This document shows positions 1 to 8,851 of a DNA stretch of 44,665 nt, one piece after another (the first letter of the stretch is position 1; each line of letters starts with the position of its first letter). The DNA lies in assembly GCA_030834415.1 (NCBI GenBank), contig JAURFH010000003.1, positions 1 through 44,665 of the forward strand, in the 5' to 3' direction. Made by a program: the position numbers and the translations under genes. The notes below the pieces were generated by a model. That model was not told the DNA's origin and ran no database searches. It saw only the letters and a program-made list of their open reading frames with translations. The stretch is from Verrucomicrobiota bacterium. Lineage in GTDB: Bacteria; Verrucomicrobiota; Verrucomicrobiia; Limisphaerales; JAEYXS01.

Positions 1-224
1 AATATCAAGATGTCATCAGCGACGAAAGCATCGCCAAACTCTCCATCGTGGGTGTGGGTATGCGCAGCCATTCCGGTATCGCCGCGCGCATGTTCGAGAC
101 GCTCGCTACTGAAGCGGTGAACATCCAGATGATCTCAACCAGCGAGATCAAGGTCTCCGTGGTCATCGACCTCGCGAAAGGTGAAGACGCCTTGCGCGCC
201 TTGCACAAAGCCTTCATCGGCTAA
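1..224 (+). CDS. lysC: Aspartate kinase, 3' end (C-terminal ACT domain); 5' truncated by the window
   Basis: Frame from nt 3 reads [73 protein letters not shown] (TAA 222-224). [10 protein letters not shown] and [10 protein letters not shown] are typical aspartokinase ACT2 motifs. Not in the ORF track because it has no start. Confidence 0.93.
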   Translation, partial: YQDVISDESIAKLSIVGVGMRSHSGIAARMFETLATEAVNIQMISTSEIKVSVVIDLAKGEDALRALHKAFIG

Positions 225-249
225 GCGACATCTGTCGTCATCCTTTGAG

Positions 250-283
250 AAGGCTGGTCATCATGACCGGCCTTTTTCTTTTT
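250..283 (+). terminator. Rho-independent terminator after aspartokinase
   Basis: AAGGCTGGTCA-TCA-TGACCGGCCTT stem-loop (one G-U pair) followed by TTTCTTTTT. Confidence 0.8.
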
Positions 284-375
284 CGTGGTCGCCCAAGCTA
301 TGCAATATAGTTGAGCATGGAATACTTTCCGCTATGTTACCCGCGTCAGCTATCCGTAAAGCAAAACTTTCAGCT

Positions 376-1140
376 ATGAAATTCCGTCATCTGTTTTCCT
401 CCTTGGCCGGCGTCACTTTTCTGGCATTGGTGACTTCCGCCGCCGCCCAGTTCGCAGGCCCGGGTCGCGGCAGTGGCACCTCTCCCGCGGCAAACCCTGC
501 ACTGGCCAAAGTCTTCGGCCAGCACACCTCCTTTTCCGCCAACGCCCAGATGAAAGTGATGGATGCTTCCGGTAAAGAGACCATGAGCGGACCCATCACT
601 TACAAACTGCTGGAAGGCAACACTTATTGGAGCATGGACATGAGCCAGATGAAAAGTGACCAGCTTCCTCCGCAAGCCCTCGCAGGCATGAAACAGATGG
701 GTATGACGGAAATGGTGATGGTGAGCAAATCAGACGCGAAGACCATGTTACTCATCTACCCAGGCTTGAGTGCCTACGCAGAGGTTCCCGTCCCGAACGA
801 AATCCCCTCCAAAGAAAAGACGGATATCAAGGTCGAAGCGTTGGAAGAGGAGACGGTGAGCGGCCACAAATGCCAAAAGAACAAAGTCACCGTCACCCAC
901 GCTGGTAAGAGCCAGCTCTTTTACACTTGGGCAGCGAAGGATTTGAAAGACTTTCCTGTCCGTGTGGAATTCTCGGATGCCAACACCAAGGTCCAGATGG
1001 ATTATACTGATATCAAATTGGAAAAGCCCGATGCCAAACTTTTTGCCCCCCCCACTGGTTTCACGCGCTATCCCAATCTGCAAGCCATGATGCAAGGTGA
1101 GATGATGAAGCGCATGGGCACTCCACCTGCCCCCAAATAA
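376..1140 (+). CDS. Secreted DUF4412-like protein
   Basis: ATG at 376 gives a signal peptide (MKFRHLFSSLAGVTFLALVTSAAAQ). Contains EETVSGHKCQKNKVT, W-A-DLKDFPVR and a C-terminal LFAPPTGFTRY, typical of DUF4412/GLPGLI-like proteins. The ORF-track start at 181 overlaps lysC and the terminator. Confidence 0.7.
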   Translation: MKFRHLFSSLAGVTFLALVTSAAAQFAGPGRGSGTSPAANPALAKVFGQHTSFSANAQMKVMDASGKETMSGPITYKLLEGNTYWSMDMSQMKSDQLPPQALAGMKQMGMTEMVMVSKSDAKTMLLIYPGLSAYAEVPVPNEIPSKEKTDIKVEALEEETVSGHKCQKNKVTVTHAGKSQLFYTWAAKDLKDFPVRVEFSDANTKVQMDYTDIKLEKPDAKLFAPPTGFTRYPNLQAMMQGEMMKRMGTPPAPK

Positions 1141-1182
1141 ATCCACACGTGAGCCCGGCGCTGTAGCCCGGTCTAAATACTC

Positions 1183-1968
1183 ATGCACCGGCAAACCCTC
1201 TATTGGTTGATTTTGCTCGGGGCACTGCTGATCAATCGACCAGCCAGTGCCCAGAGCGTCAACGCTCTTAGCCAGCAGGTGCCTTGGGTGGCAGCAGCCC
1301 TGTCGGAATTCTTGAGTGATTCGCGCTCCCTCGTAGCGCGCATGGAGGTGCAGCTGCCAGCTGAACCCGGCGAGAAACCCATCGCCTTGCCCTTCACCAT
1401 CGCGATGGATCAAGGTCAGATGCGCCTCGATCTACGACTGGCGGATATCGGACAGGACTTGCTGCCGTCCGAATTCTTGGCCCCCTTGAAACAAGCCGGC
1501 TGGGATCGCGTCCAGATGATTTACCACCCCCAAGCCCCCACCCGTATCGTGATTCCCGCGGAGAAGGCTTACGTGGAGTTCCCCAAATCGACCGACAGTC
1601 CATCTAAGACTGAAAACGAAGCCATGCTGAAACTGGGGCGCATGGAAAAAAAGCTCCTCAATATCGAGTCCGTAGACGGTCACCCCTGCCGAAAATATCG
1701 CCTGACCAGTAAGGAGGGTGCGCAAGTGGAAGAAGCCTATGTTTGGGAAGCCACTGATTTGAATTCGTTACCGATAAAGTTGTCCGTGAAGACGGAAGGC
1801 CAGCTTTACACTTTTCAGTTCCGGCAAGTCCGCATGGGTCGCCCTGATCCTCGTGTGTTCGGTATCCCGACCACCTATCGGAAGGCATCCAGCGCTCAGG
1901 AACTGCTTGCCGGCGTGCTACTTAAGTCGATTGGCTCGGGCCAGTCCCCTTTCTCCCTCGCGGAGTAA
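1183..1968 (+). CDS. Secreted DUF4412-like protein, paralog of the upstream gene
   Basis: Signal peptide; ESVDGHPCRKYRL, WEATDLNSLPIK and VFGIPTTYRK mirror the motifs of 376..1140. Confidence 0.7.
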   Translation: MHRQTLYWLILLGALLINRPASAQSVNALSQQVPWVAAALSEFLSDSRSLVARMEVQLPAEPGEKPIALPFTIAMDQGQMRLDLRLADIGQDLLPSEFLAPLKQAGWDRVQMIYHPQAPTRIVIPAEKAYVEFPKSTDSPSKTENEAMLKLGRMEKKLLNIESVDGHPCRKYRLTSKEGAQVEEAYVWEATDLNSLPIKLSVKTEGQLYTFQFRQVRMGRPDPRVFGIPTTYRKASSAQELLAGVLLKSIGSGQSPFSLAE

Positions 1969-1997
1969 AAAAGAACGGGCACCGCCACCGGTGCCCG
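1967..1997 (-). terminator. Rho-independent terminator in minus orientation
   Basis: Perfect 9-bp stem CGGGCACCG(1976-1984)/CGGTGCCCG(1989-1997) with a 4-nt loop. The U-tract (UUCUUUUUU) follows only on the minus strand. Confidence 0.75.
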
Positions 1998-2046
1998 CCC
2001 AACCAACCAACCTATTTTCCAACCAAACCAACTAACGATAACTATG
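1967..2046 (-). ncRNA. Candidate small RNA (~80 nt) with GGUU/GUU repeats
   Basis: Minus-strand terminator with no minus-strand gene to terminate; G/U-repeat body AUAGUUAUCGUUAGUUGGUUUGGUUGGAAAAUAGGUUGGUUGGUUGGG; possible promoter TTTATT(2081-2076)-17-TACTTA(2058-2053). Confidence 0.5.
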
Positions 2047-2210
2047 ACGCCCTAAGTAAGGTTTTCATTCGAAGAAATAAAAAATAGTGGCCGCTCCCTC
2101 AGTTTGTCCCCTCTGTTCGCCTTTTCCAACCCGTTGTCTCTTTTTGCAATTTGCTCCCTCGCAAGATTTTCCATTCCACTACCGGTCAGCTTGGGTTAGC
2201 CTGTTAAGCA

Positions 2211-3587
2211 ATGCGTATTCAGAACCTGAATCCTGACCGAAACATTGGCGCGAGCTCGTGGTTTGTTGAGTTTGAAAACCACAACCTCTTGCTGGATGCC
2301 GGCACGCACCCCAAGTTCGAGGGCAAAGAATCCCTCCCGCTCTACAATCTTTTGCAAGGCAAGAAGTTGGATGCCATCGCCATCAGCCATTGCCACCATG
2401 ATCACGTCGGCTCCTTGCCTGTCGCTTTAAAGCACTTTCCGGACGCCCACGTGTTGATGACCGAGTTGAGCTATTTCCTCGTGGAACGCGTGCTCCACAA
2501 TTCCGTTAACGTGATGATGCGTCAGAAGGAAGAACTCGGCATCCGCGAATATCCGCTCTTCACGCACGATTACTTGGACGAGATCGCTTCCGTGTTCCAA
2601 GGCTTCAAATACAACCGCGCGATTGAGTGGGCTTCCTTCCAGAAGACCCGCTCGGGCTTCACCTCGCCGACCCTAGAATTTTACGATGCAGGTCACACGC
2701 TCGGCTCTGCTGGCGTCATGGTCCGCGGTGCCAAGGAAACCCTCTTCTTCACCGGTGACGTCTGCTTCCAAGATCAGACCATCCTCAAAGGCGCTCGCTT
2801 CGAGGATATCAAAGCCGATGTGCTCATTCTCGAGACCACGCGCGGTAACCGCGATGTCCCTGCAGGCATGACCCGAGAGACCGAGCTCAAACGCCTTGGT
2901 GAAGCAATCATTAAAGTCCAGGAACGCAAAGGCTCCGTCCTGCTCCCCACCTTTGCCCTTGGCCGCACGCAAGAGATTCTCGCTTTCCTCGCCCTCCTGA
3001 TGAAGGAAGGAAAACTCAAGCACCAGCCCATCTATATCGGTGGTTTAGGCCGCGTGTTCACCGAGATCTACGATTTAGAAGCCCACCGCGCCCATCGCAA
3101 TCACAGCAACCTGCAACTGCGCGAAACGCTCAACCTGAACGTGCTCGACCGGAAACAGATCGATAAGATGAAGAACATCGGCAGCCGCATCTATGTGGTG
3201 ACCGCCGGCATGATGAGCGAGAACACCGCCGCTCACGATCTCGCCATGCGCATGGCTGGCCAGGAAAACGACGCCATCTTCTTTGTCGGTTACGCGGACC
3301 CTGATACCCCCGGTGGCCGTATGCGCGCCGCTCCAAAAGGCGAACCGTTCTTATTCAGCCCCAGCGGCGGCGAACTGACAGTGAACTGCGAATTGGAATC
3401 TTTTGACCTGACCGCTCACGCCAATCGCGATGAACTGTTGGATTTCGTGGGTGAAGTGGAGCCACACACCGTCATCCTCGCCCACGGCGATGACGAATCC
3501 CGCGCTTGGTTCGCCCAAGCCATTAACCAACGCCACCCCAAGATCAAGGTTTTGCAGCCTAGCCCCGGTGAGGCGGTTGAAGTCTGA
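2211..3587 (+). CDS. MBL-fold beta-CASP metallo-hydrolase (CPSF-73/YSH1-like RNase)
   Basis: LDAG, SHCHHDH (HxHxDH), DAGHTLGS, TGD, P-FALGRTQE, GY..P.TPG, AHA and AHGD motifs. Confidence 0.9.
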   Translation: MRIQNLNPDRNIGASSWFVEFENHNLLLDAGTHPKFEGKESLPLYNLLQGKKLDAIAISHCHHDHVGSLPVALKHFPDAHVLMTELSYFLVERVLHNSVNVMMRQKEELGIREYPLFTHDYLDEIASVFQGFKYNRAIEWASFQKTRSGFTSPTLEFYDAGHTLGSAGVMVRGAKETLFFTGDVCFQDQTILKGARFEDIKADVLILETTRGNRDVPAGMTRETELKRLGEAIIKVQERKGSVLLPTFALGRTQEILAFLALLMKEGKLKHQPIYIGGLGRVFTEIYDLEAHRAHRNHSNLQLRETLNLNVLDRKQIDKMKNIGSRIYVVTAGMMSENTAAHDLAMRMAGQENDAIFFVGYADPDTPGGRMRAAPKGEPFLFSPSGGELTVNCELESFDLTAHANRDELLDFVGEVEPHTVILAHGDDESRAWFAQAINQRHPKIKVLQPSPGEAVEV

Positions 3588-3726
3588 TTAGAGCCACCCT
3601 ACTTTTCCTATACAAACCGCCGGCCAAAAGCGGGATAGGCAATTTCTGTTGTATCCACAGCAAAAGAGTGCCTTCTAAAACTCTGAACGCTTTGGCAGAT
3701 TACGTGTCATAGTCATCAGCAATTAG

Positions 3727-4251
3727 ATGAAATCCGAGCACCATGCCAAAGACAAACCAGCGCCGAAATGGCGTTTGTGGGTCGTGCTGGCTTTGTTGGT
3801 CGCCCAGATTCCTGGCTTGATACCCCTAGTATGCGCTAGTGTTGCTTGGATTGATGGTGAGCATCGGGTGGAACTTGATTCAGGCAGTGAAGGTTACCAA
3901 CTCGTATTGCACCATGATGCCAATGCTGCTCCTGGCTCAGAGTATTATTATCGGCACCAGCATTGCTTGCTGAGCCGTGCTTTGGTGGCCTTGGCCAATC
4001 CGGACTCCTCCAATACACCCGATCATATCCTGTCTTTTCAGAGTGGTTCCCAAACCGAAAACCTCAGCCAGCTAAAGCTGCTGCCAGAAACCAGCTTGGC
4101 AGCACTGCTGCCGGAGATGGTTTTAGTCGGTGAAGTGGCTCTGGGTGACGAAGCCAAAGCATTGGTCCGCTCGCAACCTCCCTGCTTTAGTCGGCCGCCG
4201 CCCTCAGCTGCCGCCACCGCTTTCATCGGTCAAACGGTTCTCTTGATCTGA
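3727..4251 (+). CDS. His-containing exported/membrane-anchored leader protein upstream of the metal efflux genes (DUF2946/CruR-like architecture)
   Basis: N-terminal hydrophobic segment, His/Cys patches (LHHD, RHQHC, PDH), C-terminal RSQPP..SRPPP followed by a short tail ending TVLLI. Confidence 0.6.
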   Translation: MKSEHHAKDKPAPKWRLWVVLALLVAQIPGLIPLVCASVAWIDGEHRVELDSGSEGYQLVLHHDANAAPGSEYYYRHQHCLLSRALVALANPDSSNTPDHILSFQSGSQTENLSQLKLLPETSLAALLPEMVLVGEVALGDEAKALVRSQPPCFSRPPPSAAATAFIGQTVLLI

Positions 4252-4271
4252 TTCCCCTCCGCTTCTCTACC

Positions 4272-4315
4272 AGCCGGACAGGCATGGTGTTAGCGGGCCC
4301 TCATGTCTTCCGGCT
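4272..4315 (+). promoter_or_regulatory. Intergenic RNA stem-loop between the leader ORF and czcC
   Basis: AGCCGGA-C-AGGCATG ... CATGTCT-TCCGGCT pair (14 bp, one G-U, one bulge) inside a C/pyrimidine-rich 134-nt spacer; no clean U-tract. Confidence 0.55.
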
Positions 4316-4385
4316 TCCTGTTCCTCAGGTGAATCCCTCGCGATTCCCAGCTCCGCAAAAAACTTGAACCATTTCGTTTGCCGGT

Positions 4386-5678
4386 ATGAAAAAACTTTTA
4401 TTGCCACTACTTGGAATCTGCCTGTCCGGGCTGTGTCTCCCCGCCGTTTTTGCAGAGGCTCCGACCACTTCCATCACCACCCTCATCACGGAAGCGGTGA
4501 AAGACAATCCTGAGATCCAATACTACCAAGCAGGGATAACCTCCGCCCAGGCTGGTCTGAAATCAGCCACTCAACTTGCCCAGCCGGAACTGAACGCCGA
4601 ATTGGGCTATAAACACTCTCGCGATAACACCGGCATAAGCGGTGATGGCGTCGCCTGGTCTGTCTCGGTGATGCAAACCTTTGAATGGCCTGGTCGCATG
4701 GGACTGCGCAAAGCCATTGCCAACTACGACATCACTCTCGCCGAACTGGGGCTGGCACAATTCCGCTCCGAACTCGCCAACCGGGTACGCCTGACCGCCT
4801 GGAATCTCTGGGCCGCCCGTCAAAAACTCGATACCGCCCGTACCGTTCAGCAACGTTTCAGCGACCTTCGCGATGTCTTGATCCAACGAGATCCCGCCGG
4901 CATCACCCCCGCCTTGGAACTCCGCGTGATCGAGGCCACCGAACTGATGCTGCGCAAGCGCGTCACCGATGCGGAAGTCACGTTACATTCCCTGCGCACA
5001 GAACTGAACCTGCTCCGGGGCAAACCGGCCGCTGAAGAGATCGCCATCGAAAACGCCGCGGTAGCCTTGCAGACATTGCCACCGCTGGGTGATCTCCTCG
5101 CTCAGGCACGTACCAATAATTTTGAGCTCCTGCTCAAACGCGCCGAACTGGTTCAACAAGGCTTCAAAGTCGATTTGGCCCGCAATGAACGCTACCCGGC
5201 CGTTTCCTTCGGCCCGGTCATGTCCGAGGAACATTCACTGGGTCGCGACCGCATCATCGGCATCGGTCTCACCATGCCGCTGCCCATCTGGCGACGTAAC
5301 GCCGCCAATGTGGACGCTGCCACCGCCCGACGCACCCAGGCAGAGGCCCTGCTGAATGTCACTGTCAGGGATATCGAGCAACGCTTGACGCGTTACTCCC
5401 AATCCTACGCGGCCAGATACGCCGAGATACATCTCTGGGCCGAGAACTCCATCACCGAGTTCGAGAAAGCTGCCGCGCAAGCGGACCGCCATTACCAGCT
5501 CGGAGCCGTCCCGGTCACGACCTATGTAGAGTTGCAGAAACAATACGTAGATGCAGTGGATTCCCTCTTGGACCTACAAGCTGAAGCGATGCAATCCGCC
5601 AGCGAACTGGAACGCGTGACCGGAGCCGAACTCCATCTGGTCAGCATCAAGTCCCCCGTGTCATCAACTCGCAAATAA
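4386..5678 (+). CDS. czcC: TolC-family outer membrane factor (CzcC-like)
   Basis: Signal peptide, A..DNPE motif, Q.FEWPGR, LPIW.RN, Y.LG motifs of OEP repeats; directly upstream of an HME-RND gene. Confidence 0.85.
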   Translation: MKKLLLPLLGICLSGLCLPAVFAEAPTTSITTLITEAVKDNPEIQYYQAGITSAQAGLKSATQLAQPELNAELGYKHSRDNTGISGDGVAWSVSVMQTFEWPGRMGLRKAIANYDITLAELGLAQFRSELANRVRLTAWNLWAARQKLDTARTVQQRFSDLRDVLIQRDPAGITPALELRVIEATELMLRKRVTDAEVTLHSLRTELNLLRGKPAAEEIAIENAAVALQTLPPLGDLLAQARTNNFELLLKRAELVQQGFKVDLARNERYPAVSFGPVMSEEHSLGRDRIIGIGLTMPLPIWRRNAANVDAATARRTQAEALLNVTVRDIEQRLTRYSQSYAARYAEIHLWAENSITEFEKAAAQADRHYQLGAVPVTTYVELQKQYVDAVDSLLDLQAEAMQSASELERVTGAELHLVSIKSPVSSTRK

Positions 5679-5687
5679 GGGAAGACC

Positions 5688-8600
5688 ATGATCGATCGCA
5701 TCCTAGAGTTTTCCCTGCGCCAGCGCGTTTTCGTGCTGCTGGCCACCGCAACATTGCTGGGCGTGGGCATCTACTATGCCCGCGAACTGCCCATCGACGC
5801 CGTACCGGACATCACCAGCCCACAAGTACAGGTCAACACGGAGGTAGATGTATTGGCTCCAGAGGAAGCGGAGAATCTGGTCACCCGGGTCATCGAGCAG
5901 GAACTGGCCGGTCTCCCGGGCGTCACTGATCTGCGTTCGCTGACCAAATACGGACTCTCCCAAGTGACTCTCCAGTTTGAAGATGGTGAGGATATCTACC
6001 GCAGCCGCCAGCTGGTTGCCGAGCGCCTGCAAAATATCCGCCAGCAACTCCCCGCTGGTGCCGAGCCACGGCTGGCGCCGATCAGCACCGGTTTGGGCGA
6101 GATCTTCTATTACACCCTGTCGTGGCAAAAGGGTGCCACCAACCGGCCTCCTGATGAATCCGAGTCCTTGATGCAGCTTTTCGAGGCCCAAGAATACGTG
6201 GCCAAGCCATTCCTGCGCAGCACACCGGGCGTCGCGGAAGTGAACGCCATCGGCGGTCTGGTCAGGCAGTACATCATTGAGCCTGATCCGGAGAAACTTT
6301 TCGCCGCCAACGTCACCTTTGAAGAACTGGCTGAGACCATCAGCCGAAATACCTCCAACGGTGGCGGTGGGATCATCAATCAAGACGGACGCAAGATGAT
6401 CGTCCGCTCCGTGAGCAAGGCCCAGACAGGTGAAGAGCTGGGCGCCCTGCCTGTGAAATTCGCTGGCGGTGTCCGTCCGGTTCTCGTCAAAGACCTGGCC
6501 GCAATACGCATCGGCGCCGCTCCGCGGATGGGTGCCGCCACCTCAAATGGCGAAGAAGCCGTCATCGGCTCGGTGATGATGCTCGCGGGCGAGAACAGCC
6601 GCGTGATCGCCCACCGCGTTCAACAACGTTTACAAACCCTGATCGAACGCCTGCCGCAAGGCATCACCGCCGAAGTGCAGTACGACCGCTCCGATCTCGT
6701 GGACCGCACGGTCGCCACAGTGAAGAAGAACCTGTTTGAGGGCGCCATCTTCGTCGTCGTGGTCCTCCTGTTGCTCTTGGGCAATGTTCGCGCGGCTCTC
6801 ATTGTCGCCGCCGCCATCCCGTTGAGTTTCCTCTGCGCCATCATCGGCATGAACCGCCTCGGCATCTCCGGCAATCTCATGAGTCTGGGTGCAGTGGACT
6901 TCGGTCTGATCATCGATGGTGCCGTGGTGATCGTGGAGAACATCGTCCGTCAGATGGCCCATCGACAGCAGCACTTGGGTCGCGCCCTCACTCATGAGGA
7001 ACGCATGCACACCGTCCTTTCGGCCAGCAAGCAGGTCGCCAGCCCCATGTTCTTCGGCGTCATCATCATCACCATTGTCTACGTGCCCATCCTCGCACTC
7101 ACCGGTGTCGAAGGTAAGATGTTCAAGCCCATGGCCGTCACGGTCATGCTCGCACTCGGTGGAGCGTTAGTCTTGGCGCTCACCCTGATGCCAGCGCTCT
7201 GCTCGTTTCTGCTGCGCGGCAAAGTAAGCGAGAGTGAGAATTTCCTGCTCCGCTTCGCCAAGCGCGTTTACGAGCCCACCTTGAACTGGGTGCTGCGGTG
7301 GCGCTGGCTGGTGTTCGGTGGTGCTTTGGCTCTGTTCCTATTTTCCGTGAACATCTTCAACCGTCTGGGTGCAGAGTTCTCGCCCAAACTCGACGAAGGT
7401 GCGACGACCATGATGCTCTACCGTCCCGTGGGGCAAAGTCTGGAAGCCTCCCTCGCCGCTCAAAAGCAGATCGATCATCTCATCCTGGAAAAATATCCAG
7501 AGGTATCCCGCGTGTTCTCCCGTATCGGCACCGCAGAGGTTGCGACCGACCCGATGGCTCCTAACGAAGCGGATTTCTACGTCTTCTACCATCCCACCAA
7601 AGAGTGGCAGCCGCGCAATGGCCGCGTTCCCACCAAACCCGAGCTGGCTGATATGATCGGCGAGACCATCAAGCAAGGCGCTTTTGAGTGCGATGTCATG
7701 GTCGCCCAGCCGATTGAGATGCGGTTCAACGAGATGTTGGAAGGCATTCGCGCCGATCTCGCCGTCAAAGTGTTCGGGCCAGATTTCGATGTACTCGAGA
7801 AAACCGCCGCCGAGATGAAGACCGTGCTCGAAGGTCTGCCCGGCGCTACCAGCGTGGAGTTTGAGACCGAAGGTCGCCCACCCATCCTTACTCTAGCAGT
7901 AAAACGGGATGAACTGGCCCGGCGCGGCATCAATAGTGACGCCGTGAACGCCGCCCTTGCGACTGCGGTTGCCGGCCAACCGGTCGGCACTCTTCAGCAT
8001 GGTTTGCGGATCCATGATGTCATCGTCCGTTTGCCCGGCGAATTGCGCGAACGAGTGGACCGCATCAAGGAACTTCCCGTCAGGGTGGGAGAATACGGTC
8101 TCTTGAAACTGGGCGATCTCGTCCAGTTCGAGACGATTGAAGCCGTGGAACCCATCCGCCGTGATGATGCCAAACGTCGTGCCGCTCTGATGGTCAATCT
8201 GCGCACCAAGGATATTGAAGGCTGGGTGCGCGATGCCCGCCGCCTCGTGAAGGAAAAGATCACCGTGCCAGATGGATACACCATCGAGTTCGGCGGCCAG
8301 TTTCAACGACTGGAAGCAGCTCGCGCCCGCCTCATGATTGTAGTCCCGGCTGCTCTCACCTTGATCTTCATCCTGATCTTCATGGCCTTCGGCAGTATCC
8401 GCCAAGCCGCCATCGTTTACACTGCTATCCCGCTAGCACTGACTGGCGGCATCTTTGCCTTGTGGTTTCGGGATATGCCCTTCAGCATCACTGCCGCCAT
8501 TGGTTTTATCGCCTTGAGCGGTGTCGCCGTTCTCAATGGTGTCGTTCTGGTCAGTTATTTTAATGAACTGCGCGAACAAACCAGTGATGACGTGAGGACT

Positions 8601-8840
8601 TCCGTGATTGAAGGATCACTGACCCGCCTACGTCCGGTCTTGATGACGGCGATGGTGGCCGCCTTGGGCTTCTTCCCCATGGCCATCAGCACCGGTGCAG
8701 GCGCCGAGGTCCAGCAACCGCTCGCGACCGTCGTCATCGGCGGCATTATCAGCAGCACCTTCCTCACCCTGATCGTCCTCCCCGCCCTTTATTGGACCGT
8801 GGAGCGTGAAAAAAACGCCCCCACCTCCACCAAGAACTAA
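5688..8840 (+). CDS. czcA: CusA/CzcA-family heavy-metal efflux RND transporter
   Basis: 1050 aa; LPIDAVPDIT, PISTGLGEIF, NLMSLGAVDFGLIIDGAVVIVEN (proton-relay D/D/E intact), GVEGKMFKPMA, RLRPVLMTA, GAEVQQPLATVVIGG. Confidence 0.95.
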   Translation: MIDRILEFSLRQRVFVLLATATLLGVGIYYARELPIDAVPDITSPQVQVNTEVDVLAPEEAENLVTRVIEQELAGLPGVTDLRSLTKYGLSQVTLQFEDGEDIYRSRQLVAERLQNIRQQLPAGAEPRLAPISTGLGEIFYYTLSWQKGATNRPPDESESLMQLFEAQEYVAKPFLRSTPGVAEVNAIGGLVRQYIIEPDPEKLFAANVTFEELAETISRNTSNGGGGIINQDGRKMIVRSVSKAQTGEELGALPVKFAGGVRPVLVKDLAAIRIGAAPRMGAATSNGEEAVIGSVMMLAGENSRVIAHRVQQRLQTLIERLPQGITAEVQYDRSDLVDRTVATVKKNLFEGAIFVVVVLLLLLGNVRAALIVAAAIPLSFLCAIIGMNRLGISGNLMSLGAVDFGLIIDGAVVIVENIVRQMAHRQQHLGRALTHEERMHTVLSASKQVASPMFFGVIIITIVYVPILALTGVEGKMFKPMAVTVMLALGGALVLALTLMPALCSFLLRGKVSESENFLLRFAKRVYEPTLNWVLRWRWLVFGGALALFLFSVNIFNRLGAEFSPKLDEGATTMMLYRPVGQSLEASLAAQKQIDHLILEKYPEVSRVFSRIGTAEVATDPMAPNEADFYVFYHPTKEWQPRNGRVPTKPELADMIGETIKQGAFECDVMVAQPIEMRFNEMLEGIRADLAVKVFGPDFDVLEKTAAEMKTVLEGLPGATSVEFETEGRPPILTLAVKRDELARRGINSDAVNAALATAVAGQPVGTLQHGLRIHDVIVRLPGELRERVDRIKELPVRVGEYGLLKLGDLVQFETIEAVEPIRRDDAKRRAALMVNLRTKDIEGWVRDARRLVKEKITVPDGYTIEFGGQFQRLEAARARLMIVVPAALTLIFILIFMAFGSIRQAAIVYTAIPLALTGGIFALWFRDMPFSITAAIGFIALSGVAVLNGVVLVSYFNELREQTSDDVRTSVIEGSLTRLRPVLMTAMVAALGFFPMAISTGAGAEVQQPLATVVIGGIISSTFLTLIVLPALYWTVEREKNAPTSTKN

Positions 8841-8851
8841 GTATTACCATA

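Noticed and set aside
181-375. N-terminal extension of the 319-aa ORF
   Set aside because: Overlaps the aspartokinase end and its terminator; ATG 376 gives a proper signal peptide.
1999-2032. CCAA repeats as a CRISPR array or contingency microsatellite
   Set aside because: No repeat-spacer structure or cas genes; the repeats are short and interrupted.
3651-3659. GTATCCACA, near-DnaA box
   Set aside because: Single mismatched copy with no cluster or origin-associated genes.
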